A stretch of DNA of 64,000 bases from Candidatus Cloacimonadales bacterium (GCA_965228195.1 OZ245797.1:158718-222717); one strand, 5' to 3'. Positions 50,440 through 61,314 are shown, counted from the first letter of the stretch. Numbers and translations: made by a program. Notes: a model not told the origin generated them from the letters alone.

Positions 50440-51195
50440 AGGCAAAAAAGACAAGATTTCCTGCCCCAAAGGGCTGGAAATCTCTCCGCTTTCAGCGGGG
50501 AATGTTTTTTTCGCCTAGCGGCGAAGAGTTTTTTACTTTTCCCTTTGGGTTCTTGGCTTTCAGCCAAAATGTCACCTTTCTTTTTTTTTGAAAAAAAATA
50601 AATGTGACCGAAAGAAAAAATCAAATCAAAAGACAAAATCCTAACTTGCAAAACTCCTTCGTTGTGGCTGTAGTGTATCGTTTAGATTCTTTCTTAGATA
50701 TACTAAAGTAAGAGAAATAAACTCCTCACACATCCACAACTTCAGTCGTTTAAACAAGTTCACGGATTTAGCCTTGATTGATTACTAGCCCTTCCCGCCT
50801 AGCTGGGTAGGATAGGTGCTTGCTTATTTGCTTAGAGTGTGGGAACAACCTCCGCTTAAAGGGGTCTTCTTATTTTAGTTACATTGATAAGCCAGCGACA
50901 AAAATCGCTTTCTCAGTAAAGATGCAAAACCAGAAGCAGAAAATGACAAGACTACGGGTAATAAACGGGAACAACCACACTTTTTTACTCTGCTGGTGAC
51001 ACGCCCCGTCGCTGGCGCTCTGAAGCGGAGTTGTCTTTTCTGTTACTCTTTTTGGCAATCCGAAAAGAGTAAGCCCTCCGCAGGAGAAAGCAAATATTAC
51101 TGCTTTAATGAGACTAAGACGATGGTGTCTCCGACACCTTATCTTTCTCCCCTAATTCCTAGCGGAAGCAGGAATCCATCAGTAGGACGATGCTG
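50440..51195. repeat. repeat block R5, including direct repeat DR1 (50571-51195), left boundary of the defense island, adjacent to tRNA-Leu
   Basis: 50571-51195 and 61604-62226 differ at about 17 positions over ~625 bp by eye. The block contains Q (reverse orientation) and P, and begins with hairpin-like 'gtcaccttt...aaatgtgac'. Confidence 0.9.
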
Positions 51196-51391
51196 AAAAA
51201 AACCAAACAAAGCAAACAGCTACAAAAAAAAATCTTTCGCTGTTTTTCAGCTTGCGGGTAACGGTTTGAATATGTGGAATACAGGATTTCAAAGCACTTC
51301 ACTATCAAACCGTTGAGAAGTTGAAGCGGGCTATAACCGTTGAATTCACTACTATTTCGCCTATTTTGTATATAAAATGTTGTAACATTTT

Positions 51392-52936
51392 TTATTCTTC
51401 ATCCTTTTTAAAGACTGCCAAATGTTCTAATAATTCTATGTTTCTTTTCGGTTTCTTTATAGTCTCAAATAATTTAATCCCTGTTGGTATCGGTTTAAAG
51501 AATTCAGCCCGATTATCTTTTAAACTTTTAATCAACTTGCTCCTAACTTTTGATGGAAAGCTAACTTTAAATAAGTCCAAAGACTTTACAAAGTACACCA
51601 ACCAAATAATATCATATTGATTGTCCTCTGGATTTTTCAACTTGTCATTTAAAAGATTTTCAATCACTGAACTAATTGTTGAAATCGTCCTGACCTTTTT
51701 CCTATTGTTCAATATTATTTGCTCTATTATTCCTAATATTTGAGGAAATGATTTATTTCTTCTTTCCTTAAGCATAAGCAATAAGCTTATTGTTTTCAAT
51801 AAATCTTTTTCCTTAAAGTCAAATTTAAGGTCAAAATCCTTGGTGTAAAGTTCACTTAAAAACCTATCAACAACACCAGTACCTTCGTATTTTTGGTCTA
51901 CCTTTAGAGTTCCTCTTATTGAACTTTCAAATCTTTTATAACTTACCTTTCTCTTATACCTTAATGAATATTGTTGGTAATCAGCCGTCCATTCCCTAAA
52001 TAATCCTTCTGGCAATTCATCAATTTTCGATTTACCTTCATTTAGCGTCAGGTTGTATAAAGCTAACTGTTTCTGCAATACCTTAATTATTTGATTAGCT
52101 TCTTCTTTTGTCTGACACAAAAAACGATAATCGTCTTTAAATCTTACTCCTAAAAAATCAATCCCTTGAGTATCGATTATTTTAGAGCACTCAGTATCCA
52201 AAGCAACAAGAATTAACTCAGAAATTAAGTCTGAAAGAGCTGGCCCAATAGCGATTCCGTTTGTACACCCATCATTAGAATATTGGAATAGTTTATCCAG
52301 AACTAATCCGACAAAATTATTAAAATCACTCCGATTACCCTTTTTTCTTATCTTCTCCTTAGTGTGAATTGCCCAAGCAATACTATGTGTATAGATTGAA
52401 GAATAGAAATTTTTAATATCTGTTTTAAGTATGTATTTATAGTTATAAGCTTCTGCTACTAAATCATTTTCTGCCATTTCAAGAAACTCATAAATCATTC
52501 TACCAGCTCTCAAATTTCCAAGAAGTCCTTCACTTTTATTTGAAACGGGTATTGGAAAACTATAAGAGTAGATTTTATTCTGTCGCCTAAACAATGATTT
52601 CTGAATTAATTCCCAATCATTTATCAAGTACCATACAATGTCGTGATATATTTTAGGAGCAATAATTCCAAATGTTCTATCAGTCAGTTGTGTTTTTGGA
52701 AATGAAACATTTAATAATTCGGATTTTTCAGGCTCAAATTTAGGCTGGCTACCTGAATTATCTATTTCAAAATATGGATTTGTCAATAGGTCAAATTTAC
52801 CAACTTCAAAACACGGAGGCATAACATATTGCTCAGGAAAATAACCTTCTTCCAATAACCATTTTGCAACAATGTCTTTTGGTACTTTTTTTAGAAGTTT
52901 TTTAGTTTCAATGCTATGTTTTCTTGGTAATGTCAT
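51392..52936 (-). CDS. stand-alone reverse transcriptase of the UG/Abi (defense-associated, DRT/Abi-P2-like) type, 514 aa
   Basis: RT motif 1 'FPIPVSNKSEGLLGNLRAGR', motif 2 'DIKNFYSSIYTHSI', motif B-like 'NGIAIGPALSDLISELIL', motif C 'FLGVRFKDDYRF' (catalytic DD), then a ~170-aa helical C-terminal domain. No maturase or endonuclease domain; A+T-rich codon usage. Confidence 0.8.
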   Translation of the reverse strand: MTLPRKHSIETKKLLKKVPKDIVAKWLLEEGYFPEQYVMPPCFEVGKFDLLTNPYFEIDNSGSQPKFEPEKSELLNVSFPKTQLTDRTFGIIAPKIYHDIVWYLINDWELIQKSLFRRQNKIYSYSFPIPVSNKSEGLLGNLRAGRMIYEFLEMAENDLVAEAYNYKYILKTDIKNFYSSIYTHSIAWAIHTKEKIRKKGNRSDFNNFVGLVLDKLFQYSNDGCTNGIAIGPALSDLISELILVALDTECSKIIDTQGIDFLGVRFKDDYRFLCQTKEEANQIIKVLQKQLALYNLTLNEGKSKIDELPEGLFREWTADYQQYSLRYKRKVSYKRFESSIRGTLKVDQKYEGTGVVDRFLSELYTKDFDLKFDFKEKDLLKTISLLLMLKERRNKSFPQILGIIEQIILNNRKKVRTISTISSVIENLLNDKLKNPEDNQYDIIWLVYFVKSLDLFKVSFPSKVRSKLIKSLKDNRAEFFKPIPTGIKLFETIKKPKRNIELLEHLAVFKKDEE

Positions 52937-53084
52937 TCTCTGTCTTTAAATAACTGGCAACCACTCGCTACCATCATTTTACATATCATCCTTATTTGAC
53001 TTGCTATCTACATAGTTTATATTTTTTCCCATAACTCTTACTCACTCCTACTTGTCGAAAAAATAAGCCCAAACTTCTTTGTCA

Positions 53085-53500
53085 ACCAAAATAGTCAAGG
53101 CTTTGTCGCTTCCAGCGGTGAATGTTTTTTTCTCCTGCGGAGGGCTTACTCTTTTCGGATTGCCGAAAAGAGTAACAGAAAAGACAACTCCGCTTCAAAG
53201 CGCCAGCGACGGGGCGTGTCACCAGCAGAGTAAAAAAGTGTGGTTGTTCCCGCTTATTACCCATAGTCTTATTATTTTCTGTATCTGGCTTTGCATCTCT
53301 ACTTAGAAAGTGATTTTTGTCACTGGCTTATCAATGCAGAGAAAATAAGAAGATCCCGTTAAGCGGAGATTGTCCCCACACTCTAAGCAAATAAGCAAGC
53401 ACCTATCCCGCCCAGATAAGCAGCGCAAGAAGCCCATTTTCCCCTCCCACCCTCATTCCTAGCGGAAGCAGGAATCCATCAGTAGGACGATGCTGAAAAA
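53085..53500. repeat. repeat block R6 inside the island (Q forward ... P forward) between the RT promoter region and the DUF1016 gene
   Basis: 53130-53230 matches Q ('ttctcctgcggagggcttactcttttcggattgccgaaaagagtaacagaaaagacaactccgcttcaaagcgccagcgacggggcgtgtcacc'). 53450-53500 matches P ('cctcattcctagcggaagcaggaatccatcagtaggacgatgctg'). Confidence 0.85.
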
Positions 53501-53602
53501 AACCATTTGACAATCAATGTCTTAACCAAACCCTTTGAAAGATCAATCCAAATTGTTCAAAACAAAAAGCCAATATTTTGAGTTGGTCGAAAGGAGATAG
53601 CT

Positions 53603-54604
53603 GTGAGTAACAAAAAAAATATAGATGATCAACTAATTAGTTCAAATTTTTATTCTGACATAAAAAATATCCTCCAAAATGCTCGCTCTAAAGCCCGCTC
53701 TGCTGTAAATTCGACAATGGTTGAAGCTTATTGGTTTATAGGTAAACGAATAGTAATAGAAGAGCAAAATGGACAAAGCAAAGCAAAATACGGTCTGCAT
53801 TTATTGGAAAATTTATCAACAAAACTAGCCGATGATTTTGGCAGAGGATTTTCTTATGCTAATCTCAGAAATTTCCGTCAGTTTTATCTAACCTATCCAC
53901 AGAAAGAGATTTGCTACACAATGTGTAGCAAATTGACTTGGAGCCACAACAGATTAATAATGCGTGTTGAAGATCCAAAAGCTCGGGATTACTACTTACA
54001 AGAGGCTTCACAAGAAAACTGGAGCGTTCGCCAACTAGAGCGTAATATCAAATCTAACTATTTTGAACGCTTGCTTTCTACGCAAAAAAACGATGCTGTT
54101 TCTAATACTGAGAAAACACTCGACTTTATTAAAGATCCTTATGTTTTAGAGTTTTTGCAACTGCCAGAGAGTAACATAAAAGAATCAGCTTTAGAAGAAG
54201 CTATTGTCAGTGAATTAAAAAGTTTCTTGCTTGAAATGGGAAAGGGATTCTCTTTTGTAGCTAAACAAATGCGTATAAGCACCGAAACTTCTCATTTTTA
54301 TATCGATCTTGTATTTTATAATTATTTGCTAAAATGCTTTGTGATTATAGATCTTAAAACAGGCAAACTCACCCACCAAGACATTGGGCAAATGGATATG
54401 TATGTGCGTATGTTTGACGATTTAAAACGCAATAAAGACGATAATCCTACCATCGGAATTATCTTATGTGATAGCAAAGATAAAACCGTCGTGAAATATT
54501 CTGTGTTAAAAGAGAACGAACAACTTTTTGCTTCAAAATATCAGAAAGTGCTACCAACCGAAGAAGAGCTAATTGCTGAAATTGCAAGAGAAAAACGCAG
54601 ATAG
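53603..54604 (+). CDS. DUF1016/YhcG-like protein with C-terminal PD-(D/E)xK nuclease fold
   Basis: 333-aa ORF. 'FYIDLVFYNYLLKCFVIIDLKTGK' gives the D...(D/E)xK nuclease core seen in YhcG-family proteins; A+T-rich; between the RT and the hsd operon. Confidence 0.75.
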   Translation: MSNKKNIDDQLISSNFYSDIKNILQNARSKARSAVNSTMVEAYWFIGKRIVIEEQNGQSKAKYGLHLLENLSTKLADDFGRGFSYANLRNFRQFYLTYPQKEICYTMCSKLTWSHNRLIMRVEDPKARDYYLQEASQENWSVRQLERNIKSNYFERLLSTQKNDAVSNTEKTLDFIKDPYVLEFLQLPESNIKESALEEAIVSELKSFLLEMGKGFSFVAKQMRISTETSHFYIDLVFYNYLLKCFVIIDLKTGKLTHQDIGQMDMYVRMFDDLKRNKDDNPTIGIILCDSKDKTVVKYSVLKENEQLFASKYQKVLPTEEELIAEIAREKRR

Positions 54605-54715
54605 TAGTGTTTTTTTTCCACCAAGCACATAAATTTGCTCCTAAGAGATATTAAAATTTATTCTATTCAAATTATTTATAAAATTGTAAACAATTTGTGT
54701 GCTGGTAAGAGTCTT

Positions 54716-57700
54716 CTATAATCTGATTTGATTACCAGTTTGACTCTGAATCAATGTTTCAAAAATAAACTCTTTATATCTTCTTTGAAAATCTTTGTCG
54801 TTGTTAAACTTTTTGAACACTTCAGTTTGACTAAACAAATATTGTTGCACCACTTCCTCAAGTTTTTTATCTGCACTAATTTTTGCGTTTTGGCGATCTG
54901 AGTATTTTATCGTATTCATTATTTCTTTATTAGCTTTCATTTCTGCAGGTAATTGCTCTATTAATATTTTTCTTACTTTGTCTTTATCAGACCACTCAAT
55001 ATCACCAAATCGCTGATTAAATACACTTAAAATATTTTCCAGTGTATCTAACTCTGGTTCTTGTTGTCCACCTCTTACATCAACAGGAATTCCACAAATT
55101 TCGCCTGGCTTCTCAACTAATGCAATATCTTTGGTTGTCTCTTTTGAGGGACGATAACTGTCCATATCAATACTTTCCAAAATTCCTTCCGTAAAATCAT
55201 CAGTCTGATCTATATATAACTTAGTAACAAGGTATTTAAGAAACCAGAAAAGCTTTTCCCAAGTTTGATTGTTAAAATCTAGTATTTTAGTAAGATAGCT
55301 GTAAACTCTCAAAAATGATTTTGCTTTTGCCTTGAAATCTATTTGTTGATCTTTGCTAATATCATTTTTAAATATTTTAACAGACCTATCTATTATAGGG
55401 TCAAGTTTTGCACGCTCTTCACCTTCAATATATTTTTTGAAAAAGTCATCAATTTGGTAATCAGAATAAACCTCGAAAGCTTCCATAGAGTCTACTAAAT
55501 CGTTCAGTTTATTTGGATTAGTTTCTTCACTTAATATGGTTGCCGTGTAATAAGGGTCAAAAGCCAACTTAATTTCTTCTGCTTCGTTGAAAAAGTCTAA
55601 GACAAAGGTATCTTTTTTATGTGGTTTTTTAGCACGGTTTAATCGTGAAAGTGTTTGAACGGCTTGAACTCCTGCCAACTTTTTATCTACATACATAGTG
55701 TGCAATAATGGCTCATCAAAACCTGTCTGGTATTTTTCGGCAACTATCAAAAAGCGATATTCCATTTTTTTAAAATTCTTGGGAATATCTGTTTTAAATG
55801 TTTTGAAGTTATTCATGCCAACCTCATTATATTCAACACCCTTGTATAGTTTTGTTCCAGAGAAAGCAACAATAGCTTTGTAGGGCGATTTTATTTCTTT
55901 CAAATAAGTGTCGAAAGCTTGCTTATACTTAATTGCTAATTCAATACTTTTGGTAACAACCATCGCTTTTGCTTTTCCACTTATTAGTTGACGAACATCA
56001 CGATGAAAATGGTCAATCATTATTTTAGACTTTTCGGCAATGGCAAATTCATTACCCTCTACATAAGCTCGAAGTTTTTTCTGTGCCTGTTTGGTGTCAA
56101 ATTCAGGATTATCTTCAACCGCTTTAATTAGCTTATAAAAAGAGTTGTAAGTTGTGTAATTTTTCAATACATCCAGAATAAACCCTTCCTCAATTGCCTG
56201 TTTCATGCTGTAGACATGGAAAGCATAAAATCTATGTTTTATCTCCCCATTTTCATCGGTGTAAGTTTCTTCCGATTTTACACCAAAAGTTTCCAGTGTT
56301 TTATTTTTTGGCGTAGCCGTAAAGGCAAAGTAAGAGCCGTTTTTGATCATTTTACGACTTTCAATCAGGTCGTTTATTTTATCCTCCAAGGTTTTCTCTT
56401 CCTTTTCTTCTTCGCCATGTTTATCTGCTAAAACAGCATTCATTTTCGAAGAAGTCTGTCCACTTTGTCCACTGTGTGCTTCATCAATGATAATTCCGAA
56501 TTGCATAGCTGGCATATCTGCCATTTCATCTAATAAAAACGGGAAAGTCTGAACGGTGCAAACAATTACTTTTTTACGGTTGGCGAGTGCTTCTTTTAGC
56601 TGACTTGTTTTACTTCCACCAACACTGGTAATGTGCTCAACAATGCCACGTTTTGGCGAGAACTGTTTAATATCTTCGCTTAGCTGTTTATCAAGCACAA
56701 TACGGTCTGTAATTACGATAACCGAATCAAATAAATGCGTTTCTCCTGAAGTGTCAAACAAACCATGCAGTTGATGAGCCAACCAAGCTATCGATTTTGA
56801 TTTGCCCGAACCTGCCGAATGTTGAATCAAGTATTTATTGCCAACACCATTACTTTTTGCATCTGCTAAAATTTGCCTGACTGCGGTAAGCTGATGATAA
56901 CGAGGAAAAATCATCATGCGTTTTACTCTTTTAGTTTCCTCGTCGGTTTCTTCAACAACCTGTGCAAATTTGTCGATAATGTTGGCAAGCGACTGTTTGG
57001 TTAAAACCTCTTCCCAAAAGTAATGTGTTTTTAGTCCCGTTGGGTTTACTGGATTTCCAGCCCCAAAATTGCCTGTTGCTCTACCTTCGTTTAAGCCTTT
57101 GTTAAAAGGCAAAAAGAAAGTTTTTTTATGATTCAAATGCGAGCTCATAAAGATCAATTCTGTATCGACTGCAAAATGAACCATGCAACGAGCAAAAGAA
57201 AATATCTTTTCTTTTGGGTCTCGGTCGTTTTGGTATTGGCGAATGCCGTTGTGAACGGTTTGTCCGCTTAACGGATTTTTAAGCTCACATGTAATAATTG
57301 GCAAGCCGTTTAAAAAGATAGTCAAATCTAAGCGGTTGGCATTGTCAGAACTATAAACTAACTCCTGAGTCACTGAAAAAATATTGGCGTTGAATTTATC
57401 AAGGTCTTTGGTATTGTAGCTTGAAGCAGGTTGACGGAAAAACAAATTCACGGTTTTATCGAAGTGCTTTATACCTTTTCGTAACACTTCAATTACGCCT
57501 AGTTTCCTGAGTTTTTCATCCAAACGCACCAAAAAAGAACGCTCGCCCTTGCGCTTAATCATTTGGTAAGTCTCAGGCTGGGTCTTTTTGATAAACCCCC
57601 ACAATTGTTTTGGGTTTATGCAAAACTCTTTGTCGAAATCTTTAGAAACAGTCTCGCAAAACTTGTTTTGCTCCACAAGTTGTTTCACAATGTATTTCTG

Positions 57701-57736
57701 AAACCCCTTTTCTGATGTATCTGTAAATGTCCTCAT
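54716..57736 (-). CDS. hsdR: Type I restriction enzyme R subunit HsdR
   Basis: 1006-aa ORF. N-terminal nuclease domain, SF2 helicase motifs 'QHSAGSGKSKSIAW' (Walker A) and 'IIIDEAHSGQ' (DEAH), and a C-terminal helical domain. Last gene of the operon. Confidence 0.9.
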   Translation of the reverse strand: MRTFTDTSEKGFQKYIVKQLVEQNKFCETVSKDFDKEFCINPKQLWGFIKKTQPETYQMIKRKGERSFLVRLDEKLRKLGVIEVLRKGIKHFDKTVNLFFRQPASSYNTKDLDKFNANIFSVTQELVYSSDNANRLDLTIFLNGLPIITCELKNPLSGQTVHNGIRQYQNDRDPKEKIFSFARCMVHFAVDTELIFMSSHLNHKKTFFLPFNKGLNEGRATGNFGAGNPVNPTGLKTHYFWEEVLTKQSLANIIDKFAQVVEETDEETKRVKRMMIFPRYHQLTAVRQILADAKSNGVGNKYLIQHSAGSGKSKSIAWLAHQLHGLFDTSGETHLFDSVIVITDRIVLDKQLSEDIKQFSPKRGIVEHITSVGGSKTSQLKEALANRKKVIVCTVQTFPFLLDEMADMPAMQFGIIIDEAHSGQSGQTSSKMNAVLADKHGEEEKEEKTLEDKINDLIESRKMIKNGSYFAFTATPKNKTLETFGVKSEETYTDENGEIKHRFYAFHVYSMKQAIEEGFILDVLKNYTTYNSFYKLIKAVEDNPEFDTKQAQKKLRAYVEGNEFAIAEKSKIMIDHFHRDVRQLISGKAKAMVVTKSIELAIKYKQAFDTYLKEIKSPYKAIVAFSGTKLYKGVEYNEVGMNNFKTFKTDIPKNFKKMEYRFLIVAEKYQTGFDEPLLHTMYVDKKLAGVQAVQTLSRLNRAKKPHKKDTFVLDFFNEAEEIKLAFDPYYTATILSEETNPNKLNDLVDSMEAFEVYSDYQIDDFFKKYIEGEERAKLDPIIDRSVKIFKNDISKDQQIDFKAKAKSFLRVYSYLTKILDFNNQTWEKLFWFLKYLVTKLYIDQTDDFTEGILESIDMDSYRPSKETTKDIALVEKPGEICGIPVDVRGGQQEPELDTLENILSVFNQRFGDIEWSDKDKVRKILIEQLPAEMKANKEIMNTIKYSDRQNAKISADKKLEEVVQQYLFSQTEVFKKFNNDKDFQRRYKEFIFETLIQSQTGNQIRL

Positions 57737-57739
57737 AAA

Positions 57740-59128
57740 CTATTCCTTTATTTTTGAACGATATTGGTTTTCTTTTTCGGCGACCATTCCCAAATCAATA
57801 TCTTGACCCAAATTTGAGTTTGCATCATCAGGCACTTTTAACTGCCCTGTTACTATTTGGGTGATTAAACTTTCTTGGTACTCTTTGGCTTTAGCGATTT
57901 CTGTTTGGGCTTTTGTAACAGCTATTTCATACGGAGATAGTTCGCTCTCAATCTTTCGAACAATATTAATTTGTTCCTCTTTAGGAGGTAGTGGAATAAA
58001 CATTTTACTAAAATCTCCCTTGCCAATATTTGGTTGACCTGTCTCTCTTTGACCAAATATAATTTGGTCAAAAATAACAGACGAAGATAATAGCCAAAAA
58101 AGATAGTCTTTATTTAGTTTTTTATTAGAAGGGAAAAAGTTGCCTACACGATAGTTTTGTAATAAAACTTCGTTAATACCCTTTGCACATATAATCTTAC
58201 CAATTGTACCACCTGTCAATGCCATTAAAATATCACCTTCGTTTATGATATCTTCTCTAAATTCAACCTTCCTTTTAGAATCAACAAAAGAGCAATTTGA
58301 TAAATCTAAACTTCCTTCATAGGTTAGTTGGGTGATTTTAACAATTTTAATTCCAATATTCTTAAAGTCATAATCTCTAAATTGGTGACCATGCCTTAAA
58401 TAAATATAATGGTTAAATTTCACAACTTCCCAATGTTCAGGTATATCACCAATCCATTCGTTGTTAGAACTAATAAGTTTTCCTGAACCCTCACCATTGG
58501 TTATAAGTTTATATATGATTGATTTCTTTTCTTCCTCCAACAGCTCAATCAATCGTTCTTTTTTAGCAACAAAATCTTGTATTTGCTTTGTTTTGCGGTC
58601 GAGGTAGGCAACTATGGCATTTTGGGTTTCAAGCGGTGGCACAATACTGTACATACGTTTGAAATCCACGTAACGTAATGGTATTTGTCCATCTGCAATT
58701 CCATAAGCAAAACGTTCCACATAGTTTTTATAAAAACCAGTACGAAACATGTAATAGAAGAAACGAGGATTTAACTCAACTCCTTTCTTTGGTTTCAAAA
58801 CTGTACAAGCTGGACTTACAATTCCTTTGTAAACGCTGTAACCCGATGCACCTTGGCGAAAACGCATGCTGTAAACCAAATCGCCAGGATAAACCAATAA
58901 GTACTTACTTTTATCTAAAGTGGATGAATCCCTTTTCTCCAATTCAGATTGTTTAATTACTCCACGCCCAATGGTTACTGAAAGTAGTTCTTTATCTTCG
59001 TGTCCACGTTCAATCCGTTCCTGAAAAATTGCAATATTTGGTAACAGTTTCCAGCCTTCGGGTAATTGCGAAATGTAATCGTATTCAACAGGCTGATAGT
59101 TTGTGTATGCTTGTAATTTACCCATCAC
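57740..59128 (-). CDS. hsdS: Type I restriction-modification specificity subunit HsdS
   Basis: 462-aa ORF with two target-recognition domains separated by conserved coiled-coil spacers ('LIELLEEEKKSIIYKLITNG', '...LITQIVTGQLKV'). It overlaps hsdM by 4 nt. Confidence 0.85.
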   Translation of the reverse strand: MMGKLQAYTNYQPVEYDYISQLPEGWKLLPNIAIFQERIERGHEDKELLSVTIGRGVIKQSELEKRDSSTLDKSKYLLVYPGDLVYSMRFRQGASGYSVYKGIVSPACTVLKPKKGVELNPRFFYYMFRTGFYKNYVERFAYGIADGQIPLRYVDFKRMYSIVPPLETQNAIVAYLDRKTKQIQDFVAKKERLIELLEEEKKSIIYKLITNGEGSGKLISSNNEWIGDIPEHWEVVKFNHYIYLRHGHQFRDYDFKNIGIKIVKITQLTYEGSLDLSNCSFVDSKRKVEFREDIINEGDILMALTGGTIGKIICAKGINEVLLQNYRVGNFFPSNKKLNKDYLFWLLSSSVIFDQIIFGQRETGQPNIGKGDFSKMFIPLPPKEEQINIVRKIESELSPYEIAVTKAQTEIAKAKEYQESLITQIVTGQLKVPDDANSNLGQDIDLGMVAEKENQYRSKIKE

Positions 59129-61314
59129 TCTTTCACTATTTGGTTTAAAATACCGTCGGTTTCTTGCTCTAGTTGCAAAATTTCTGCGCTAATCTCTTCA
59201 ATGCTGCGTGGCGGAACATAGTTGTAGAAATAACGGGTAAAAGATATCTGGTAACCTTTTACGGTTTTCTTGTGGTCAATCCAAGCGTCATTTACATGAG
59301 CCAAAACCTCACGCTCAAAATAGGTTTGAATATCTTCGTCTAAAGGCACATTTTCGGTGTCGCGCAAATCGCCATCGGCTTCGTAAATTATAGTGCCGTC
59401 TTTTTCTGTTTTCTTGATTACAGGCTCGGCATCTTCGTTTTTCCAAGTAATGGCGTTTATAATTGCTTTTTGTGCCTTATTGTCGAGTTTCAGCTTTTCA
59501 CTCTTTATGGTTTCGGTAAATAGTTTAGAAAACTTGTTAAAATCGTTATGCTGTTCGGTTCCAATGCTGCTCATTAGTTTTGTCGCATTTTTAAGCAGTT
59601 CTTTTTGTGCTTTCCAAAAATCCTCACTAAACAAATTTTTCTTTTGTGCCGCTTTTAGTTTTATCTCGTGTCGGGCAAGATGGTTTTCAATCTCAGGTTT
59701 TAAATCTTTCAGTTTGGTATAAACATCATCGCCAAACTTCTGGTAAACCCAAACCATTTCAGCGGCAATACTTTTTTCAAAACGCAAACCCTTAAGGGCT
59801 TCCTGGGTAAATTGTGCCGATAAACGCAAAGGGCGTTCAACCGTAATTTTATTGTAGCCAAAATAGTCGTTCGGGAATATTTTGGAAATGTCCGATTCTT
59901 CAAAGTCCATATAAAGCTTTGTAATTTGGTCGATGTGTTTGGCTGTCATCTCACAGTTCTTATCTCCCAAGTTTTTGCGAAGCTTTACATACAATTCAAG
60001 TGCGTTAATCAATTGCACCTTCCCTTTTCGTTTGTCTGGTTTTCGGTTGTTCACAATCCAAACATAGGTTGGTATTCCTGTATTATAAAAGATATTTTTA
60101 GGTAAAGCAATGATGCAGTCTAACCAATCGTTTTCGATAATATATTTGCGGATTTCGCTTTCTCCGCCACCAGCGTCGCCTGTAAACAAAGCCGAACCAT
60201 TATGAACAGTTGCAATTCGGCTTCCCAGTTCGGTATTGTGTTTCATTTTGCTGAGCATATTCATCAGGAACAATAATTGCCCGTCAGAAATAGTTGGCAA
60301 ACCAACTTGAAAACGAGGATCTTTAATATTCTGGGCATTTTCGCCCGAACCTTTTTTGCCTCGGTTGGCAACAATGGCGTTTTCATCAAGCTTCCAAGTT
60401 TTGCCATAAGGTGGATTTGAGAGCATAAAATCAAAATTAAGGCTTGGAAAACCATCTTTTGAAAGGGTAGAGCCAAAAGCGATATTTTCAGGTTTATCGC
60501 CTTTTATCAGCATATCAGAGGTGCAAATTGCAAAAGTTTCAGGATTTACCTCTTGTCCATACAACAAAAATGATGCTTCGTTTTCTGTAAGTTCCAAAGC
60601 AAACTGTTCTGCCTCGGTTAACATTCCGCCACTACCACAGGCTGGATCATAGATTAAATAACTTCCTTTTTTGATTTTATTTTTAACAGGCAAGAACAAA
60701 ATGTGAGTCATCAGTTTAATGATTTCTCGTGGCGTAAAGTGTTCTCCAGCTTCCTCGTTATTTTCTTCGTTAAACTTTCTGATTAGTTCCTCGAAAACAT
60801 AACCCATTCCTAAATTGGTCAACGGTGGCATTTTATCACCTTTTCCATTTACCGCTTCATTAGGACTCAAGTTAATCTCTCTGGAGGCAAACTTTTCAAT
60901 TAGCAAATAGGTGATCTCGTTTTCTTTCATAGTCTCAAGCTGGTTTCGCAGTTTGAATTTGCTAATTATTTCTTGCACATTGGGGCTGTAACCATCCAAA
61001 TAAACCTCAAGGTTGCTGTCTATATTATCAGAATCGTTTAACAGGCTCTCAAAAGTAAACTTGGAAGTGTTCCAAAATGGATAACCAGTTTGTGATTTTA
61101 AAGCAGACAAATCGTCTATTTGATTTTGCTTCATAAACTCTACTGCTTCAAGCACCTTTGCCTTTGTCGGAACAAGAAGAGCGTCTAACCGTCTCAAAAC
61201 AGTAAAAGGCAAAGTTATATCTCGATATTTGCCTCTAACAAAAACATCTCTGAGCACATCGTCGGCAATACTCCAGATGAAACTTACTATTTGATTGTGA
61301 ACTTTATTGTTCAT
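59125..61314 (-). CDS. hsdM: Type I restriction-modification N6-adenine DNA methyltransferase HsdM (long form, 729 aa)
   Basis: HsdM N-terminal domain, SAM-binding 'DPACGSGGML', catalytic 'LSNPPYG', and a ~250-aa helical C-terminal extension. Confidence 0.9.
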   Translation of the reverse strand: MNNKVHNQIVSFIWSIADDVLRDVFVRGKYRDITLPFTVLRRLDALLVPTKAKVLEAVEFMKQNQIDDLSALKSQTGYPFWNTSKFTFESLLNDSDNIDSNLEVYLDGYSPNVQEIISKFKLRNQLETMKENEITYLLIEKFASREINLSPNEAVNGKGDKMPPLTNLGMGYVFEELIRKFNEENNEEAGEHFTPREIIKLMTHILFLPVKNKIKKGSYLIYDPACGSGGMLTEAEQFALELTENEASFLLYGQEVNPETFAICTSDMLIKGDKPENIAFGSTLSKDGFPSLNFDFMLSNPPYGKTWKLDENAIVANRGKKGSGENAQNIKDPRFQVGLPTISDGQLLFLMNMLSKMKHNTELGSRIATVHNGSALFTGDAGGGESEIRKYIIENDWLDCIIALPKNIFYNTGIPTYVWIVNNRKPDKRKGKVQLINALELYVKLRKNLGDKNCEMTAKHIDQITKLYMDFEESDISKIFPNDYFGYNKITVERPLRLSAQFTQEALKGLRFEKSIAAEMVWVYQKFGDDVYTKLKDLKPEIENHLARHEIKLKAAQKKNLFSEDFWKAQKELLKNATKLMSSIGTEQHNDFNKFSKLFTETIKSEKLKLDNKAQKAIINAITWKNEDAEPVIKKTEKDGTIIYEADGDLRDTENVPLDEDIQTYFEREVLAHVNDAWIDHKKTVKGYQISFTRYFYNYVPPRSIEEISAEILQLEQETDGILNQIVKE

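Noticed and set aside
51392-52936. RT as a retron or group II intron RT
   Set aside because: At 514 aa with a long helical C-terminal domain, it is too large for a retron RT. There are no flanking a1/a2 inverted repeats and no msr/msd-like G-rich stems. No intron domain V/VI sequence or maturase X / En domain is present.
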